The notes under the pieces were generated by a model. The model worked only from the letters and a program-made list of their open reading frames with translations, had not been told where the DNA came from and made no database searches. Made by a program: the position numbers and the translations under genes. This document shows positions 5,437 through 7,523 of a stretch of 7,523 nucleotides of DNA, in pieces; positions within the stretch are counted from its first letter, which is position 1, and every line of letters starts with the position of its first letter. This DNA is from Octopus sinensis. Lineage: Eukaryota. The stretch spans positions 1 to 7,523 of the forward strand of contig NW_021828289.1 in the NCBI RefSeq assembly GCF_006345805.1. Reading direction: 5' to 3'.

Positions 5437-7523
5437 TTGAATTATGTAATTAATTGCGTAATATATTATGCAATTAAGAGATGTCCTAGATTTGAACAAG
5501 GGGGTACTTGAGATTATGTTAATTAATTTCATAATATATAATTTAATTTGGAAGGTCTCTAGATGTGAGAAAATGGGTGTACTTAAGATTATGTAATTAA
5601 TTGCGTTATATATTATGCAATAAAGAGATGTCCCTAGATTTGAAGACAGGGGGTCCTTGAGATTATTTAAAGAATTGCCTAACATATTTTACAATTGGGA
5701 GCGTCTCAAGATGTGAGAACATGGGAGTAACTTGAGATTATGTAATTAATTCGTAATATATATGTAATTAAAAGGTTCTCTAGATGTGAAGAAATGGGTT
5801 ACTTGAGATTATGTAAATAATTGCGTATATATTATGCAATTTAAGAGTGTCCATAGATTTGAAGACAAGGGGTACTTGAGATTATTTAATTAATTTCATA
5901 ATATAAATTTAATTTGGAAGGTCTCTAGATGTGAGAAAATGGGTTAATTGAGATTATGTAATTAATTGCGTTATATATTATGCAATAAGGAGATGTCCCT
6001 AGATTTGAAGGACATGGGGGTACTTGAGATTATTTAAAGAATTGCCTAAATATTTTACAATTTGGAGCGTCTCAAGATGTGAGAAAGGTTACTTGAGTTT
6101 ATGTAATTAATTTCATAATATATAATGTAATTTGGAAGGTCTCTAGATTTGAGAAAATGGGTGTACTTGAAATTATGTAATTATTGCGTTATATATTATG
6201 CAATTAAGAGATGTCCATAGATTTGAAGACATGGGGTACTTGAGATTATTTAATGAATTGGGTAATATATTTTAAATTTGGAGCGTCTCAAGATGGGAAC
6301 TGGGAGTCTTGAGATTATGTAATTATTTCATAATATATAATGTAATTTGAAGGTTCTCTAGATTGAGAAAATGGTTGTAATTGAGATTATGTAATTAATT
6401 GCGTTATATATTATGCAATTAAGAGATGTCCCTAGATTTAAGACATGGGGGTCCTTGAGATTATTTAGAATTGCCAATATATTTTACAATTTGTGAGCGT
6501 CTCAAGATGTGAGAACATGGAGTACTTGAGATTATGTAATTAATTTCGTAATATATTATGCAATTAAGAGATGTCCTAGGTTTGAAGACCAGGGGATACT
6601 TGAGATTATGTATTAATTTAAAATATATAATTTAATTTGGAAGGTCTCTAGATGTGAGAAAATGGGTTGTAATTGAGATTATGTAATTAATTGCGTAATA
6701 TATTATGCAAATAAGACATGTCCCTAGATTTGAAGACATTGAGGTACTTGAGATTATTTAAAGATTGCCTATATATTTTACAATTTGGGAGCGTCTCAGA
6801 TGTGAGAACAATTTGGTACTTGATTTTATGTAATTAATTTCATAATATATAATGTAATTTGGAAGTCCTAGATGTTAGAAATGGGTGTACTTGAAATTAT
6901 GTAATTAATTGCGTAATATATTAATTGCAATTAAGAGATGTCCATAGATTTGAAGACAAGGGGTACTTGAGATTATTTAATTAATTTCATAATATATATT
7001 TTAATTTGGAAGGTCTCTAGATGTTAGGAAATGTGTGTACTGAATATGTAATTAATTGCGTAATATATTATGTCAATTAAGATGTCCATAGATTGAGACC
7101 ATGGGGGTACTGAGATTATGTAATTAATTTCATAATATATAATTTATTTGGAAACGTCTCTAGATGTGAGAAAATGGGTGTGTACTTGAGATATGTAATT
7201 AATATCGTTATATATTATGCAATTAAGAGATGTCCATAGATTTGAAGACCAGGGGGTACTTGAGATTATTTAATTAATTTCAAAATATATAATTTAATTT
7301 GGAAGTCTCTAGATTTGAGAAAATGGGTGTAATTGAGATATGTAATTAATTGCGTTATATATTATGCAATAAGAAATGTCCTTGATTTGAAGACATGGGA
7401 GTCCATGATTTATCTAATGAATTACGTAATATTTTACAATGGTGAGCGTCCAGATGTGAGAACATGGGTGTACTTGAAATTATGTAATTAATTGCGTAAT
7501 ATATTATGCAATTAAGAGATGTC
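5437..7523. repeat. Higher-order repeat copy 3 (partial, 28 complete monomers + 1 partial)
   Basis: Colinear with 451-~2530 monomer for monomer at an offset of ~4,990 bp. It includes the GACCAGGGG A monomers, the AAAAT-variant B monomers and the GGGAGTCCATGA junction (~2400 vs ~7398). Confidence 0.85.
6891..7332. repeat. Pure (AB)3 dimer tract, ~149-bp period
   Basis: Monomer starts 6891 A, 6967 B, 7041 A, 7111 B, 7186 A, 7260 B. Confidence 0.85.

Larger units (their letters stand above)
1..7523. repeat. Tandem satellite-like array of ~75-bp monomers (102 complete + 2 partial) with three subtypes A, B and C
   Basis: TTGAGATTAT-like anchor recurs every ~66-80 bp (starts at 14, 87, 158, 231, 304, 377, 451, 526, 600, 675 ... 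7405, 7474). A = TTGAGATTATGTAATTAATTGCGTAATATATTATGCAATTAAGAGATGTCCATAGATTTGAAGACAAGGGGGTAC (75 bp, 451-525). B = TTGAGATTATTTAATTAATTTCATAATATATAATTTAATTTGGAAGGTCTCTAGATGTGAGAAAATGGGTGTAA (74 bp, 526-599). C = TTGAGATTATCTAATGAATTACGTAATATATTTTACAATTTGTGAGCGTCTCAAGATGTGAGAACATGGGAGTAC (75 bp, 2767-2841). The three align colinearly, with one gap in B. There is no unique sequence anywhere in the window. Confidence 0.98.

Noticed and set aside
5383-5685. 100-aa minus-strand ORF
   Set aside because: It repeats peptides seen in the other minus-strand ORF (GNSLNNLK, SSNLGTSL) because the DNA is repeated. Its openness depends on local indels, and there is no evidence of coding constraint.
5732-5802. 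Possible A/B chimera (TTCGTAAT in a B monomer)
   Set aside because: It differs from B by about one substitution plus deletions in a noisy region, so error or a point change is sufficient.
1-7523. CRISPR array (conserved part plus variable part every ~75 bp)
   Set aside because: The variable portions are not unique spacers. They are three homologous, recurring subtypes, and there is no leader or cas gene in the window.
1-7523. Rolling-circle or concatemer artefact of one small circle
   Set aside because: Higher-order copies differ by whole monomer blocks and by consistent substitutions, which repeated reading of one template would not give. Amplification artefacts at larger scale cannot be fully excluded.
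1-7523. Repeat-protein coding sequence (75 bp = 25 codons)
   Set aside because: B monomers are 74 bp and shift the frame, stop codons are dense on both strands (TAATTA-type motifs), and the supplied track has no ORF over 100 aa.
1-7523. Assignment to a named satellite, mitochondrial control region, kinetoplast maxicircle divergent region or viral homologous region
   Set aside because: I recognise no diagnostic motif or flanking gene. Assignment needs a database search and flanking sequence.
1-7523. Promoter-like TATAAT/TATA boxes and CENP-B box
   Set aside because: TATAAT-like strings are expected at this AT content and have no downstream gene. I did not find a CENP-B box (NTTCGNNNNANNCGGGN).

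Overview
The whole 7,523-bp window is one uninterrupted, AT-rich, head-to-tail tandem repeat (about 28-30% GC, strong G>C skew on the + strand). I find no credible gene, RNA gene, transposon or CRISPR array. Anchoring by hand on TTGAGATTAT gives 102 complete monomers (14-7473) plus two partial ones. They fall into three homologous subtypes: A (75 bp, 43 copies), B (74 bp, 31 copies) and C (75 bp, 28 copies, one of them a C/B chimera). The order follows a strict grammar: B is always followed by A, C is always preceded by A, and no subtype follows itself. The array is therefore built only from AB (149 bp), AC (150 bp) and ACB (224 bp) blocks. These blocks form a variable ~2.5-kb higher-order repeat starting at about 451, 2991 and 5437, whose copies differ by whole dimer or tetramer indels. 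A monomers carry a 28-bp near-perfect palindrome and three ATTRYGYAAT (bZIP-like) motifs exactly 12 bp apart. The best reading is complex satellite DNA, probably eukaryotic. I do not recognise the family or organism, and any function is inference. Scattered 1-bp deletions look like long-read error. All counts and alignments were done by eye.
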